Part shown: positions 43,345-55,048 of the stretch, one piece after another | Layout: the number at the start of each line of letters is the position of its first letter | Position numbering within the stretch: position 1 is the first letter of the stretch | Assembly: GCA_963845755.1 (NCBI GenBank) | Contig: CAWJTV010000049.1 | Location: forward strand, 32,001 to 96,000 | Direction: 5' to 3' | Length of the DNA: 64,000 bases | DNA from: an uncultured Planctomycetota bacterium | GTDB lineage: Bacteria > Planctomycetota > Planctomycetia > Isosphaerales > Isosphaeraceae | Program-made: the position numbers and the translations under genes | The notes under the pieces: model-generated | The model's input: the letters and a program-made list of their open reading frames with translations, nothing else | Databases searched by the model: none | What the model was told of the DNA's origin: nothing

Positions 43345-45672
43345 ATGTGGCGGAATCGTGCAGGACTTGACCGATCGCTCGGCGGACTGGTGATCGGCTC
43401 CCTCGTGATGCTCGCCATTGGGCTCGAGTGTCGGGGCGATACGGTCATCATGAAAAACGGCCTGGTCTTCATGAGCCAGGGCACGCCGGACAAGGACAAC
43501 TCGCTCGTCTACATCTGGGATGGCCTGAAACGGGTCATCGTGCGGGACACGAAGGTCGAGAGGATCGTGGCGGACAACGCGTTCCGGACGGGCGAGCGGT
43601 TTACGTTGATCCAGCCCATCGTGGTACACGGCGGCGCGATGCCGCGGGAAGTCTTGAGCGTGAAAGCCGGCCCCTGGGATGATCGAGGCCGCCGCGAGTT
43701 CCGCTATATCGGCTCGAGAGCGGATCGGCAACTGAGCATGGAGCAGGCGATCATCGAGATCGGGCCTCATGTGGTTCGATACCGCGGGATCGACGGGTTC
43801 TGGCTGGGGGTCGTGGAGACCGGACAGGTTCCACGCCCGGTGGTGATGGCCCTGCTGGGTCGAATCGATCCGAAGAACTCCGGTGAGCGGGAACGGATGA
43901 TCCGGTTCTTGATGGATGCCGGCTGGTATTCCGAGGCCAAGAAAGAGCTCGACCGACTGGTCAAGGATTTCCCCGGGACCGACCTGGGCACGCGTGCGGC
44001 CGGTGCGCGCGTCTTCATGGTCCAGGCCGAGGCCAACCAGCGGCGGTCCGAGATCGACCTGCGCCGGAAGGCCCAGCAGTACCTGGCCGTGTCGCAGCTA
44101 TTGAAGACCTTCAGCGACAAGGGAATCGGCACCGAGCTCCAGCTCGAGGTCCGCGAGATCGAGCGACGCGACGCCCAGCAACTGGCGGCGAACAAGACCC
44201 TGGCCACTGAGCTGCGTGAACTCTTCGGCCGGCTTTCCAGCGCCTCACGGACGCCCTGGCAGAAGCGATTGGTGGAGGTCCTCAAGGCCCTCGACGAGGC
44301 GCCCGACGCGGTCCGCGATCGGTTCGCCGCCTGGCAGAAAGCCAAGACGGATCCGTCGTCGAACGACGAGGCCCGGTTCGCGCTGGCGATGTCGGGCTAC
44401 GTCGTCGGCCAGGACGCCGCCGTCTCCGAACTGGCCGGCGCCGACGCCCTCTGGCAGGCGCGCGGCGCGGTCGTCGGTTACCTCACGGGGGTCGAACCGT
44501 CGGAACGGAGCATCCAGGCGGCCAGTCTCGAGGGCCTCTCGTGGCCGGGTCTCCCCGGGACACCCGACATGATCCGACGGCTGGAGCTGCTCACCCGGAT
44601 CGTTCAGCTCATGCCTCCACCCCGACACGATAGTTCGGAAGTTGCCGAGAAGACCATGTTACATCGCGTCCTCGAGGACGAGAACGCCGCGCCCACCGAG
44701 TATGCCGTCCGGTTGCCGCCGGAGTACCATCCGCTCCGCAGTTACCCGGCCGTCATCGTCCTCCATTCCGGGCAGAGTCCCAGCGGCGCCATCGACGAGT
44801 GGGCCGCCGAGGCGGCGCGACACGGTTATATCCTCATTGCGCCGGAGTATAACCTGCCCGGCCAGGCGCACGACTATCGATACACGACCAGCGAGCACGC
44901 CGCCGTCGAACTGGCGCTGCGAGACGCCCGCAAGCGCTATGCCATCGACAGCGACCGCGTCTTCGTAGCCGGCCAGCTTACCGGCGGCAACATGGCCTGG
45001 GATTACGGCCTGGCCCATCCCGACCTCTTCGCCGGAGTCGTCGTGTTCTCCGGATTCCCCGCCAAATATGTGCCCAAGTACCTCCCGCACCACGAGCGGC
45101 TCCCCTTGTTTTACGTGATCGGCGAGCTGGCCCCGGCGGCCAACGAACTCATCTTCTCCAAGTACATCAAGCCGAAGATCCACAAGGGATTGGACGTCAC
45201 CTACATCGAGTACCAGCGTCGCGGTCTGGAGTCGTTCCCCGAGGAGGTCCCTCGGGCGTTCGACTGGATGGACCGGCACCGACGCGATCCCTATCCGAAG
45301 TCGTTCGCAACCCTCTCTGCCCGCACATCCGACGACCGGTTCTACGGCGTCGTCGTCCGCGCGTTCTCGCCGGGCCACACCACGGCGCCCGAGGCGGCCG
45401 ACGTCTTCGGGCAGAATCTCAATCCCGCCGAGATCCGGATGACCTCCAGCAGTCTCAGCAATCTTATTCGGTTGGACCTCAAGGGCGTGCAGCGGCTCGA
45501 TCTTTGGCTCAGCCCCAAGGTGGTCGATTTCAAGAAGCGGCTGGAGATCCGCGTCCAGGGCCGGCCGTACTCCAAGGGCACCGTCAAGCTCGACCTCGAG
45601 TCGATCCTGGACGATCTCCGCGTTCGTGGTGACCGGCAGCAGCTCTACTGGCATCGGATGACGATCGAGTAA
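43345..45672 (+). CDS. Secreted planctomycete peptidase/esterase-like protein (alpha/beta hydrolase C-terminal domain)
   Basis: Signal peptide then 'DTVIMKNG'; 'LPPEYHPLRSYPAVIVLH', 'YAIDSDRVFVAGQLTGGNMAWD'. Confidence 0.8.
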   Translation: MWRNRAGLDRSLGGLVIGSLVMLAIGLECRGDTVIMKNGLVFMSQGTPDKDNSLVYIWDGLKRVIVRDTKVERIVADNAFRTGERFTLIQPIVVHGGAMPREVLSVKAGPWDDRGRREFRYIGSRADRQLSMEQAIIEIGPHVVRYRGIDGFWLGVVETGQVPRPVVMALLGRIDPKNSGERERMIRFLMDAGWYSEAKKELDRLVKDFPGTDLGTRAAGARVFMVQAEANQRRSEIDLRRKAQQYLAVSQLLKTFSDKGIGTELQLEVREIERRDAQQLAANKTLATELRELFGRLSSASRTPWQKRLVEVLKALDEAPDAVRDRFAAWQKAKTDPSSNDEARFALAMSGYVVGQDAAVSELAGADALWQARGAVVGYLTGVEPSERSIQAASLEGLSWPGLPGTPDMIRRLELLTRIVQLMPPPRHDSSEVAEKTMLHRVLEDENAAPTEYAVRLPPEYHPLRSYPAVIVLHSGQSPSGAIDEWAAEAARHGYILIAPEYNLPGQAHDYRYTTSEHAAVELALRDARKRYAIDSDRVFVAGQLTGGNMAWDYGLAHPDLFAGVVVFSGFPAKYVPKYLPHHERLPLFYVIGELAPAANELIFSKYIKPKIHKGLDVTYIEYQRRGLESFPEEVPRAFDWMDRHRRDPYPKSFATLSARTSDDRFYGVVVRAFSPGHTTAPEAADVFGQNLNPAEIRMTSSSLSNLIRLDLKGVQRLDLWLSPKVVDFKKRLEIRVQGRPYSKGTVKLDLESILDDLRVRGDRQQLYWHRMTIE

Positions 45673-45932
45673 GCCGCAGCGCGTTATTACCAAGGCCGGC
45701 ATTGACGTCTGGGACGACCGGGCCTGGCGGAGGATCGCCTGGCTCAAGCCCGCGCCATGATGGAGAGGACCTGAGGTCGGACTTAGTTTCTGGTTTCTTG
45801 GCAGGGAACCACGGGGTCAGATCCGAATGGCACTCGAATTTTGCAACGTCTTACATCTCAATCAGTTGTGTCGTTGTGATCCGCTTTCATTCGTTGTCCC
45901 TCGCCGTGGGTCGCTTCATTTCCGTTCCACGA

Positions 45933-46247
45933 CTAATGCGAGATCGGCTCCTTGACGGAACGGACGAAGTGCATTCCCTTGCCCTGATCCTTGAGCTTGG
46001 CGACGAGGGCCTCGGCGTCGGCTTTCTGGGGATAATCGAACGTCGCAACCGTGCGACCACCCACATCACAGACGGCCCAGACGATGCGCGTCCGGGCGGT
46101 CGCGGTGGGTTTGGGACGCCGCTCGGATTCCGTCCTGGCTCGAGGACCTTGCCGGGCCGGGGTTCCGGTCTGATCAGTGATTCCCATCGCCTCGGCGGCT
46201 TCCGCCGCGGCGCGAAGCTCCCGCCGGTTGAGTGTGCGCCGTGCCAT
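45933..46247 (-). CDS. Small basic hypothetical protein
   Basis: 'MARRTLNRRELRAAAEAAE...WAVCD...VATFDY...HFVRSVKEP'; operonic with the GNAT gene (1-bp gap); GGAGG RBS. Confidence 0.75.
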   Translation of the reverse strand: MARRTLNRRELRAAAEAAEAMGITDQTGTPARQGPRARTESERRPKPTATARTRIVWAVCDVGGRTVATFDYPQKADAEALVAKLKDQGKGMHFVRSVKEPISH

Positions 46248-46248
46248 G

Positions 46249-47280
46249 TCAGGTCAATCCTCCTTCAATCAAGTCCTTGCCCGGCGCCCGCGCCGGGCTG
46301 TCGAGGGCCGTTGATGAATGGGGCAGCCGGTAGAGGGTCGCTTGATCGATCACCGCGCAGCCAAGCGCGGCATAGAGCGCCAGCGCGGGCTGGTTTTCCG
46401 CGTCCGTCTGGATCTCGACCAACTGGATCAAGTTCGACCGTGCGTGCCGAAAGATCTCGCTGACGAGGAAGCGGCCATAGCCCTTGCGCCGATGTTCCGG
46501 GGCAACTTCCAGGTCGATCAGGCCGATGCGCGCCCGTCCGTCCTCGCGGCCGAACCAGCGCATGTCCCAGAAGGCGGCGTGCGCCAGCTCGGTATGGTCG
46601 GCGCGGGACACGAGGCGCGCCTCCGACACGGGAAGCTCGCCGAAGGCCAGTCCTTGCCACCAGTGCGCGGGTGGTGCGTCCTCCTCGATCTCCAGGTGGG
46701 TCTGACGTCGGATCAAGGCGCTGCGGGGATCGCGCGGCTCGGGCGTGCTGAGGTCCGCCTCCAGGAGCACCGTCGAGCCGACGGGGACGTAGCCCCGGTC
46801 GAGGACTCCGCGTTGGAACGGATGGTGGCCGGAGAGGATGCCCGCGCCCTCGCTGCCACCAGAGATCCCCCAGTAGAAGGGGTTCAGGGGAAAGCGGCTC
46901 CCGGCATAAAGCACCTTGGCACCGCGCCGGCGGAGATACGCCTCGGCCGCCTCGATCAGTCCGCCGATCAGCTCGGAATCCTCGAGCCCGGGTTCGACGA
47001 GCAACATGACGATCGTTCCCAGGTCGAGGCAGAGGTCGAGCGGCCGGGTGGATCCCACGGGCAATTCCGGTCCGAATCCCGCATGAGCGAATCCGACGAT
47101 CCGGCCGTCTCGCTCCGCGACGATGAGACCGGCCGCCTCGAAAGCGACCGAGCCCCAAGCTTGCGTACTGAGCTCGTGCACGCGGAGCGGGCGTGCGGTC
47201 GCGGATTTGGGAACCGACTGGTTCCAGATCCGGGCCAGGGCCGGAGGGTCGTTGTTGCGAAAGGGGCGGAATCGCGTCAC
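46249..47280 (-). CDS. Tandem GNAT-family N-acetyltransferase
   Basis: 'FRPFRNNDPPALARIWN', 'GRIVGFAHAGFG', 'LEVAPEHRRKGYGRFLV', 'NQPALALYAALG'; GTG start inferred. Confidence 0.88.
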   Translation of the reverse strand: MTRFRPFRNNDPPALARIWNQSVPKSATARPLRVHELSTQAWGSVAFEAAGLIVAERDGRIVGFAHAGFGPELPVGSTRPLDLCLDLGTIVMLLVEPGLEDSELIGGLIEAAEAYLRRRGAKVLYAGSRFPLNPFYWGISGGSEGAGILSGHHPFQRGVLDRGYVPVGSTVLLEADLSTPEPRDPRSALIRRQTHLEIEEDAPPAHWWQGLAFGELPVSEARLVSRADHTELAHAAFWDMRWFGREDGRARIGLIDLEVAPEHRRKGYGRFLVSEIFRHARSNLIQLVEIQTDAENQPALALYAALGCAVIDQATLYRLPHSSTALDSPARAPGKDLIEGGLT

Positions 47281-47396
47281 CGGTTTGGATCGCCGCGTTC
47301 GACGTCGAGCGAGGCGAGAATCATCCCCGCCCCGGCGATCGTCCGTCGTCTTAAGATTCAGCCGCATACACGAGGGCAGCCAGTCGGGCGTCCGGT

Positions 47397-47705
47397 TCAC
47401 GGGACGGCGACCAGCACGTCCTGACCCTCAACCTTCACTTCAAAGACGCCTTGCTTGATCTTCGAGCCCAGCGGCGTCTTGCCGGTTCGAACATCGAATT
47501 GCCAGCCATGCCAGGGGCAAGTCACCGTCGTCCCCTGGACCTGTCCGTCGGCAAGCGGCCCCCCTTGATGGGGGCAGATCCCATCGATCGCCGAGATCAC
47601 ACCATCCACGTTGAAAAGGGCATAGATCCGGCCCTCGAACTCGACCTCTTTCGCCATACCCGCGGAGAGCTCGTCCAGAGTCGCCAACTTGACAAAACGC
47701 GGCAT
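47397..47705 (-). CDS. Rieske [2Fe-2S] ferredoxin (NirD-like)
   Basis: CPHQGGPL and CPWHGWQFD. Confidence 0.93.
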   Translation of the reverse strand: MPRFVKLATLDELSAGMAKEVEFEGRIYALFNVDGVISAIDGICPHQGGPLADGQVQGTTVTCPWHGWQFDVRTGKTPLGSKIKQGVFEVKVEGQDVLVAVP

Positions 47706-48087
47706 ATCATCGTCTCCCGACCTGTCCCGTCTTCGGCCAGCTCCCACGCCGCCCTCGTGCGGTGCACAGCTCCCTCACCCGGGCCGGTCGGGTTGGCCCC
47801 GCCTGATCGTCGCAGGTATCCCCAGTGTAACACAATCGCGCGGGATTTCTCAAATCCCGATGAGCCCCGTCAGCACCATAACGGTTCAAACCAGGAACCG
47901 GCCCGACCGTTCTACTCAATCTGCATGGGGTGCGGCCATAATGAGTCCTGCGCGAGCGGACTCCCGATTCCCGATCGGGATGGGTCGGCTTCCCTCGATC
48001 GGGAATCGTCCCGGGGCCATCAAGAATCCCGTTGGGGCCCGGAGCCCAGGCGGGAGTCGTCGCGGATCCTAGTGCGAGGGCAGGGCG

Positions 48088-49212
48088 ATGGATACGGTGC
48101 GCGTCGGCTTGATCGGATCGGGATTCGTGACGGCGATTCATCACGAGGCATTCCGGCGGGTGCCCGGGGCCGCGGTCATCGCCGTGGCATCGCCGACGCC
48201 CGGTCATGCCGAGCGATTCGCGATCGAGCGCGGGATCTCCCACCACTTCACCGATTACCGCGGGCTGCTCGACCTCAAGGACGTGGACCTGGTCGTGCTG
48301 GGCCTTCCCAACGACCTGCACGCTGAGGCGACCTGTCTGGCGGCCGACGCGCGGAAGCACGTCGTCGTCGAGAAGCCCATGGCGCCCAGTCTGGCAGAGT
48401 GCGATCGCATGATCGCCGCCTGCGAGCGAGCGGGAGTCCTGCTCGGTTATGCGGAAGAACTCTGCTTCGCGCCCAAGTACGTGCGCCTCAAGCAACTCAT
48501 CGACGAAGGTGCCCTGGGTAAGGTCCATCTGGTCAAGCAGTCCGAAAAACATGATGGCCCGCACGCGAACTGGTTTTACGATACACGCCGTAGCGGCGGA
48601 GGCGTGACGTTCGACATGGGCTGTCATGCCATCGAGTTCTTCCGTTGGTTGCTCGGAGATGCGTCAACGGGGGTCAAGGCGCGGGTGACCGGCGCCTTCG
48701 CCCAGATGAATACCTTTGTGCACCACGACAAGACCGATGGCGACGACGAAGCGCTCCTGATCCTGACCTTCGAGGGCGGCGCCATCGGGTTGGCCGAGGA
48801 AAGCTGGACCAAGCCCGGAGGCATGGACGATCGGGCGGAGGTTTTCGGGAGCGAGGGCCAGGCTTACGCCGACGTGCTCTTCGGCAATTCCCTTCGCGCG
48901 TTCTCAGGGCGCGGTTACGGCTATGCCGTCGAGAAGGCGGGGGCCACGGCGGGCTGGTCGTTTCCGATCTACGAAGAAATCTGGAACTACGGATTCCCGC
49001 AGGAGATGGAGCACTTCGTCGAGTGCGTTCGCCAGGGGACCGTACCGCGCGAAGATGGCCGGGACGGCCGCGCCGTGGTCGAGGTTGTCCACGCCCTCTA
49101 TGCCTCAGCCGGCTCGGGTCGTCGCGTCGACCTGCCCTTCGAGAGCGAGGCCGCCCGCCCGATCGAACACTGGAAACCGATCGGGTCGGTCGGGGCAGTC
49201 GCCGGCGGCTGA
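48088..49212 (+). CDS. Gfo/Idh/MocA-family oxidoreductase
   Basis: 'VGLIGSG', 'HVVVEKPMA', 'GGGVTFDMGCH'. Confidence 0.93.
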   Translation: MDTVRVGLIGSGFVTAIHHEAFRRVPGAAVIAVASPTPGHAERFAIERGISHHFTDYRGLLDLKDVDLVVLGLPNDLHAEATCLAADARKHVVVEKPMAPSLAECDRMIAACERAGVLLGYAEELCFAPKYVRLKQLIDEGALGKVHLVKQSEKHDGPHANWFYDTRRSGGGVTFDMGCHAIEFFRWLLGDASTGVKARVTGAFAQMNTFVHHDKTDGDDEALLILTFEGGAIGLAEESWTKPGGMDDRAEVFGSEGQAYADVLFGNSLRAFSGRGYGYAVEKAGATAGWSFPIYEEIWNYGFPQEMEHFVECVRQGTVPREDGRDGRAVVEVVHALYASAGSGRRVDLPFESEAARPIEHWKPIGSVGAVAGG

Positions 49213-49216
49213 GATG

Positions 49217-49597
49217 TCAGTGGCCGACCGCCTCCCAGCGGCCAAACGCTCGATTACAGGCGGCCACAGCTTGTTCGTAGCGCTCCTTGTCTTCGTCGTA
49301 CAACGATCCCGTCTCCAGGGGCAGCCGGCGGACGGTCTCGGCGATCTGGTCGCGCGCCCCGAGCATCTGATGATAGATTCGCTCGTAAGCCTCGCGCTGC
49401 GGATGATTCCCCAGCGTGTCCAGCTTCTGCCGCATCGCCTGGATTCGCTCCTCGCACGATCGGAGACTCTCTTCCAGCGTGCCGCGCTCGCGGAAATGCA
49501 CGCGCTGCGGATAGGTCGGGCTCTTGTAGGGATTGCGCGCCGGCGAGCCATCCGGCGGCTGATTCGCGATCTCCGAGTTGCGAGACGATTCCGACAC
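49217..49597 (-). CDS. Hypothetical helical protein
   Basis: 126-aa ORF with GGAGG RBS; 'YHQMLGARDQIAETVRRLPLETGSLYDEDKERY'. Confidence 0.65.
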   Translation of the reverse strand: MSESSRNSEIANQPPDGSPARNPYKSPTYPQRVHFRERGTLEESLRSCEERIQAMRQKLDTLGNHPQREAYERIYHQMLGARDQIAETVRRLPLETGSLYDEDKERYEQAVAACNRAFGRWEAVGH

Positions 49598-50037
49598 GAA
49601 TGAAGCCTCCCATACGATGAGCGAGAGCAGGGGGAGATCTTGGCCCGGATTCGATCCAGGGGACCCGGCCGATCCTCACGTTGAGGCGATTGGGCCCCGA
49701 CGTTACAATTCTGATGCCTTCGCTCACCGATCGCCAGAGCATCCCCGCTTCCCGTGGATGGAGGCGCCCTGCACTCGGCCCTCTCAGGATGCGAAAACTG
49801 CAAGGATTGCGACCTCGTGCCGACTTTCGCAACAGATTATGAGTCAGTGCCTTGCGCGGATTGTTGGCGTTGGGGAGCGTCGCGCTCCCTGCGAGGCCGA
49901 CCTGCAACCATTTCGGATCCTCGGGATTGCAGGCGGACCGGCAGCGAATGGATCGTCTCTGGGTGGACTTCCAGATCTTCCGCGTGTTGACGATCTCGAG
50001 CACCCTTGCGAATGCTGAATTCACGGAGGAGCAAACA

Positions 50038-50975
50038 ATGCCGGAGCGCGTGGTTTTGACCGGTGGGAGCGGATTCTTCGGTCGCCGGATCGCCGAGGCC
50101 CTGCGACGCCACGGTTACGATGTATCGACACCAGGTCGACCCGATTTCGATCTGATGGACGCATCCTTGACGCGCCGGGCGATCGATCGCCTGCGTCCGG
50201 AGACGATCGTTCACTCGGCGGCCTATTACGGCGGCCTGGGGATCTGCATGGCCGAGCCGACGCAGATCTTTCACCGCAATATCGTGATGGGTGCGAACCT
50301 CCTGGAGGCGGCCGCTCGGGCCGGCGTTCGCAAGATCATGGCGATCGGATCGGCCTGCTCGTATCCCGGCGCGGTGGCCGGCGACATGAAGGAAGACGAC
50401 TTCTGGTCGGGTCGGCTCCATCCTTCGGTCGAATCCTACGGATTCACCAAGAAAGTCCTCGAGGTGGGACTTCGCGCCTATGGACGAGGCTACGGGATCG
50501 TCGGCCAGATGCCGATTGTCACCAACCTCTACGGGGAATACGACGTCTTCGGCGAGTATCGGTCCCACGTCGCGGCCGCGCTGATCAAGAAGTTCGCCGA
50601 TGCCGTCCAGTCGCGGGCGCAGCGCGTGGTCTGCTGGGGAACCGGCGACCCGTTCGCGAGTTCATCTACTCCGGGGACGCCGCCGAGGCCGTCGCCCGGC
50701 TGCTCAAGAGCGGTTACACCGAGCCCTTGAACATCGGGACCGGCATCGGGACCTCGATCAAGGAGCTGGCCGAGCTGGTCGCGCGCCTCACCGGCTTCCG
50801 GGGCGAGATCGTCTGGGACACATCCAAGGCCGACGGCGTGCTCCGCAAGGTGCTCGACGTCTCGCAGATGGAGAGCGTCCTCGGCTGGAAGCCCCCGACC
50901 AGCCTCGAAGCCGGCCTGAAGAAGACGATCGGCTGGTATCTCGAGAACAAGACCGAGGCGGATGCTCGGCTTTGA
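50038..50975 (+). CDS. fcl: GDP-L-fucose synthase-like NAD-dependent epimerase/reductase; frameshift near 50655
   Basis: TGGSGFFG, 'IGSACSYP', YGFTK, 'TNLYG', 'SHVAAALIKKF', 'WGTG..REFIY', 'NIGTG..SIKELAE'. Confidence 0.8.
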
Positions 50976-51174
50976 GAGTCTGTTCCTTGGGAGTCGAAAC
51001 TCAATTTCGTAGGGCGGATCGCACCAGTCCCGCCGCAACCCCGGGGATCGCCCGGGGTTGCGGCGGGACTACGGGAGACAATGCGGCAGGATATGGCGGG
51101 GCCACCTTAGTCCTGGGGCTGACGCCCGTGGCTACGGCAATACCGCCCGCTACGCGGGCTTTCGGAACAGACTC
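50976..51174. mobile_element. MITE/REP-like element (same end family as 14141-14260)
   Basis: Perfect 11-bp IR GAGTCTGTTCC / GGAACAGACTC; internal perfect 20-bp stem 51026-51070; shared GGGGCTGACGCCC motif at 51115-51127. Confidence 0.7.
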
Positions 51175-51252
51175 CCAGGGGATCGACGACGACAAGGGTC
51201 GATACCCACCCCTCGGAGTATTCACGCGCCGCCAAGGAGGGAGGTGGAATCG

Positions 51253-54200
51253 ATGCGAGACGCCACGGTTCTCGCAATGCTTCTGATAATCTGGGCCGCC
51301 GGACCCCGGTCCGCGAACGCGGCACCGCCAAGGCTGCCCGCGGTCGCCGACGGCTGGTCCATCGAGCTGGTCGCCGAGGCGCCCCAGGTCCTGTACCCGA
51401 CGGCGATCGTCGCGGCGCCCGATGGCACGCTCTATCTCGGCTCCGATCCGATGGACATGCCGGGTCCAGTCAGCTCGCCGATCGACCGCGTTTTGGTGAT
51501 CCGCAAGGGGAAGGCCACTCCCTTCGCCGACAAGCTCTGGAGCGTGATGGGTCTGGAGTGGATGGATGGGACGCTCTACGTCGTCCATGCCCCGTTCCTG
51601 TCGGCGTTCCGAGACATCGACGGCGACGGCAAGGCCGACACGCGTGTCAACCTGATGACCGGACTCGGACCCGAGCGGCCCGGTTTCAATGGGATCAATG
51701 ATCATATCGCCTCGGGGATCCGTCTGGGGATGGACGGGTTTCTGTACATCTCGGTCGGCGATAAGGGAATCCCCCGGGGCGTCGCGCGCGACGGGACGAC
51801 CATCCGGCTTTTTGGCGGCGGCGTGATCCGAATTCGCCCCGATGGGACCGGCCTGGAAGTCGTTACGACCGGGGAGTGCAACCCGCTCTCGGTCGCCCTC
51901 TCGGCAACGGATGAAGTCTTCACCTTCGGTAACGACGACGACAGCAAGAAATGGCCCAACAGTCTGACCCATCATATCGTCGGAGGCCACTATGGTTATC
52001 CGTACCAGTTCCTGACGTCCCCGCAACGCGCCCTGCCGATCATGGGCGGGCAGATCGGCGGAGTCGGGGCGCAGGGGATTTGCTACAACGAGGATGGTCT
52101 CCCCACGGAGTACCGGGGCAACCTGTTCTTCTGCGATTGGGGGCTCCAGACCGTCCTCCGCTTCGAGATTCGCAAGGCGGGCGGAACGTTCGCGATCGGA
52201 CGACGCACTCCGCTGGTCACCAAGGGCGAGGTCACGGATTTCCGGCCGTTCTCCCTGGCCGTCTCGCCCGACGGCGCGAGCCTCTGGCTGGTCGATTGGG
52301 CCTATAACGGCTGGCTGGACGCCAAGGTGAAGACGGGCCGTCTCTATCGGCTGACGTATCAGGGTCCGGGCGCGGTCCGACCGGCATCGCGCCCGACGGG
52401 CCGGGAGCCGGCTGGCCGGATCGCGGCCCTCGATCACCCCGCGCTCTCGGTTCGGATGGAATCCCAGCGAATCCTGACGGCCATGGGATCAGCGGCGGTC
52501 GCGATGCTGGTCGATCGACTCAAGGCTGCCGAAGCTCCCGAAACCGGCCGGATTCACGCGCTCTGGGCACTCGACGCGATCGGCGGTCCTGAGGCGCGGA
52601 GTGCCATCGGCTCCGTCCTCTCCGATTCCTCGCCGCAGGTTCGGCTGCAATCCGTGCGCTCCGCGGGCATCCGCCGGGATCGATCGGTCTCACCGGATCT
52701 CGCTCGTCTGCTGAGAGATCGGGATCCGGCGGTCCGTCGGGAGGCAGCCATCGCGCTCGGGAGGCTGAAAGACCAATCCGTGGCGCCGGCCCTCTACGCC
52801 GCACTTGGCGATTCCGATCGATTTGCCGCGTGGTCGATCCGGCGGGCGATTCGGGATCTCGGTGCCTGGGATCGAGAAGCCCTGGTGGCCGCCCTGCTCG
52901 ATCTGCGCCGGACCGAGCCCGCTCTGGATTTGACGGATGAGGCGTGGTCCATCCCGGTCGTCAAAGCCCTGTCCGAAGCCCTGGGCCGGACCGGATCGCC
53001 CGCAGTCCGGGGCCGGATCGTGGCGAACCTGTCGGGCCTGTATCGCGGCTATCCGGAGTGGCCGGGCACCTGGTTCGGGACCAATCCGCTCGCGGGAGAC
53101 TTTCCGGAGAAGACCCGCAACTGGTTCAACGGAGGGTATGACGGAAGTCATCCGGGGTCTCACGCTGGGACTGGCCGATCGGGATAGCTTGGTTCGAGCG
53201 GCGGCCATCGACGGGCTGAGCCAGGCGGGCACGACGCCGTCCCGCAGCTCCGCGCGGCGATCGCCCGGGAGCGTGATCCGCGCAACCAGGCCGCCCTGGC
53301 CGAGACACTCGGCAAGCTCGGCGATGAGGCATCCGCGCCGATGCTCGCGGTACTCATGGCCGACGCCCGGTATCCCGAGGTGGTTCGCGCCGCGGCGTTG
53401 GGCGGGCTATCCACATTCCACGATCGTCGATCGCTGAACGCGCGACTGGCCTTGATCTACGACTCGAGCGCCCCGCGGGGCTCGTGGCCGACGCACTTCC
53501 CGGCCTGGCCGCCCTGGGACTCCTACCGACTTATGACCTCGCATCGTTCCTGGAGAACAAAGCGCCCGCAGTCCGGGCGGCGGCGCTCTTGAGCTTCAAT
53601 GTCAAGAAGGCGTTGCCGGTCGACCTGAAGCCAGCCGTGCTGAGCCGGCTCGACGATCCAACTCGGGAAGTCCGTGAGGCGGCGATCCGGGCGGTGGTCG
53701 CCTTGCGGATGACCGAGGCCGTCCCCCGTCTGCTCGTCCTCGCCGGCAAGCCGGAATCTCCCGAACACGATTCGGCCATCGCCGCCTTGTGCGGGCTACC
53801 CGATCCCCGAGCCTTGCCGATCTACCTGGCGGCCCTCGAAGATCGCAACCCGCAACTGCGCCGCGCGGGTGAGTCGGCACTGGTCGCCATCCGCGACCGT
53901 GTGCGAGGACCGATCGCAGCCGCGGCACGGTCCGCGTCCTTGTCCGGCGAGGCGGTACTGTCGCTGGATCGAGTCCTCGCTCGCTTCGAACCGATCCGGA
54001 GCTGGCGGGTGATCGGTCCGTTTCCCCGGGCTACCCCCCAGGTATTCGTCGGCGAAACCGCCATCGATTTCACACGAGTCTATGCGGGTGCCGCTGGCCG
54101 ATCGATCGGCTGGTCCGCCCGCCAGGCCAATCCGAACACCGGCCGAGTGGACCTGGATGACATGAAACTCGACGTCCGGCGATCGCGGACCCTTCGGGTA

Positions 54201-55005
54201 CGACGCGACCAGCTCGGCCAACCTCTGCGCCTTCGCCTACGCGGAGGTCGATTCGGACCGCGAAGGTCCTGCACTCATGCTCATTGGCTCAAGCGGGACC
54301 GCAATCGTGACGGTCAACGAGAAGATCGTCTACGAGTTCAATAGTCTCGCCGGCAGGGCCTACGCTTCGGACACGGACCGGGTGCGTTTTCAACTGGCGC
54401 GGGGCCGCAACCGCATCCTCGTCATCAGCCGGCAAGGGGCCGGTCGTTGGGGGTTCAGTATCCAGATCGCCTGGAGCGTCTTGGGAGCCGGTGTCGAGAT
54501 GGCGGGGAAGTCCGTCGCGAAGGTCGACGACCTCCGCCGGGTCGCCCTTCGCCACGAGGGGGATCCCCGGCGCGGTGCGCAGCTCTTCTTCGATCCCCGA
54601 GGGATCGGCTGCGCCCGTTGCCATGCGGCGGGTGGGCGGGGCTCGTCCACCATCGGCCCGGACCTGAGCGGCCTGGCTGCAAAATACGACCGGTCCGAGC
54701 TGATCCGCTCGGTTCTGGAGCCCTCCAGCCGGATCGCGACCGGCTACCAGCCGGCGATCGTCGCGACGCGCGATGGCAAGGTCTTCAACGGCGTGGTCCG
54801 CGCCGAGACCGCCGACTGGATCGAAGTCGCGGATTCCGAGGCGAGGATCGCACGGATCGCCAAGCGCGACATCACGGAACGCCGCTTGGGTGACGTCTCG
54901 ATCATGCCGACTCAGTCCGTCCAATCGCTCTCCCCGGCCGAATTCTCCGATCTGATCAGCTTCCTGGCGAGCTTGAAACAACCGGTGCGTACCGCCGCGC
55001 CCTGA
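51253..55005 (+). CDS. PVC-type heme-binding CxxCH protein (membrane-bound dehydrogenase-like propeller, HEAT repeats, cytochrome c); several frameshifts
   Basis: 'WSIELVAEAP', 'DIDGDGKAD', 'GIRLGMDGFLYISVGD', HEAT repeats, C-terminal 'GDPRRGAQLFF...CARCH...IGPDLSG...SIMP'; pieces joined near 53130, 53240, 53480, 54180. Confidence 0.88.
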
Positions 55006-55048
55006 AGATGAAGCCGGAGGCTTCCGGGCGATGCTGGTGCCACTCCGA

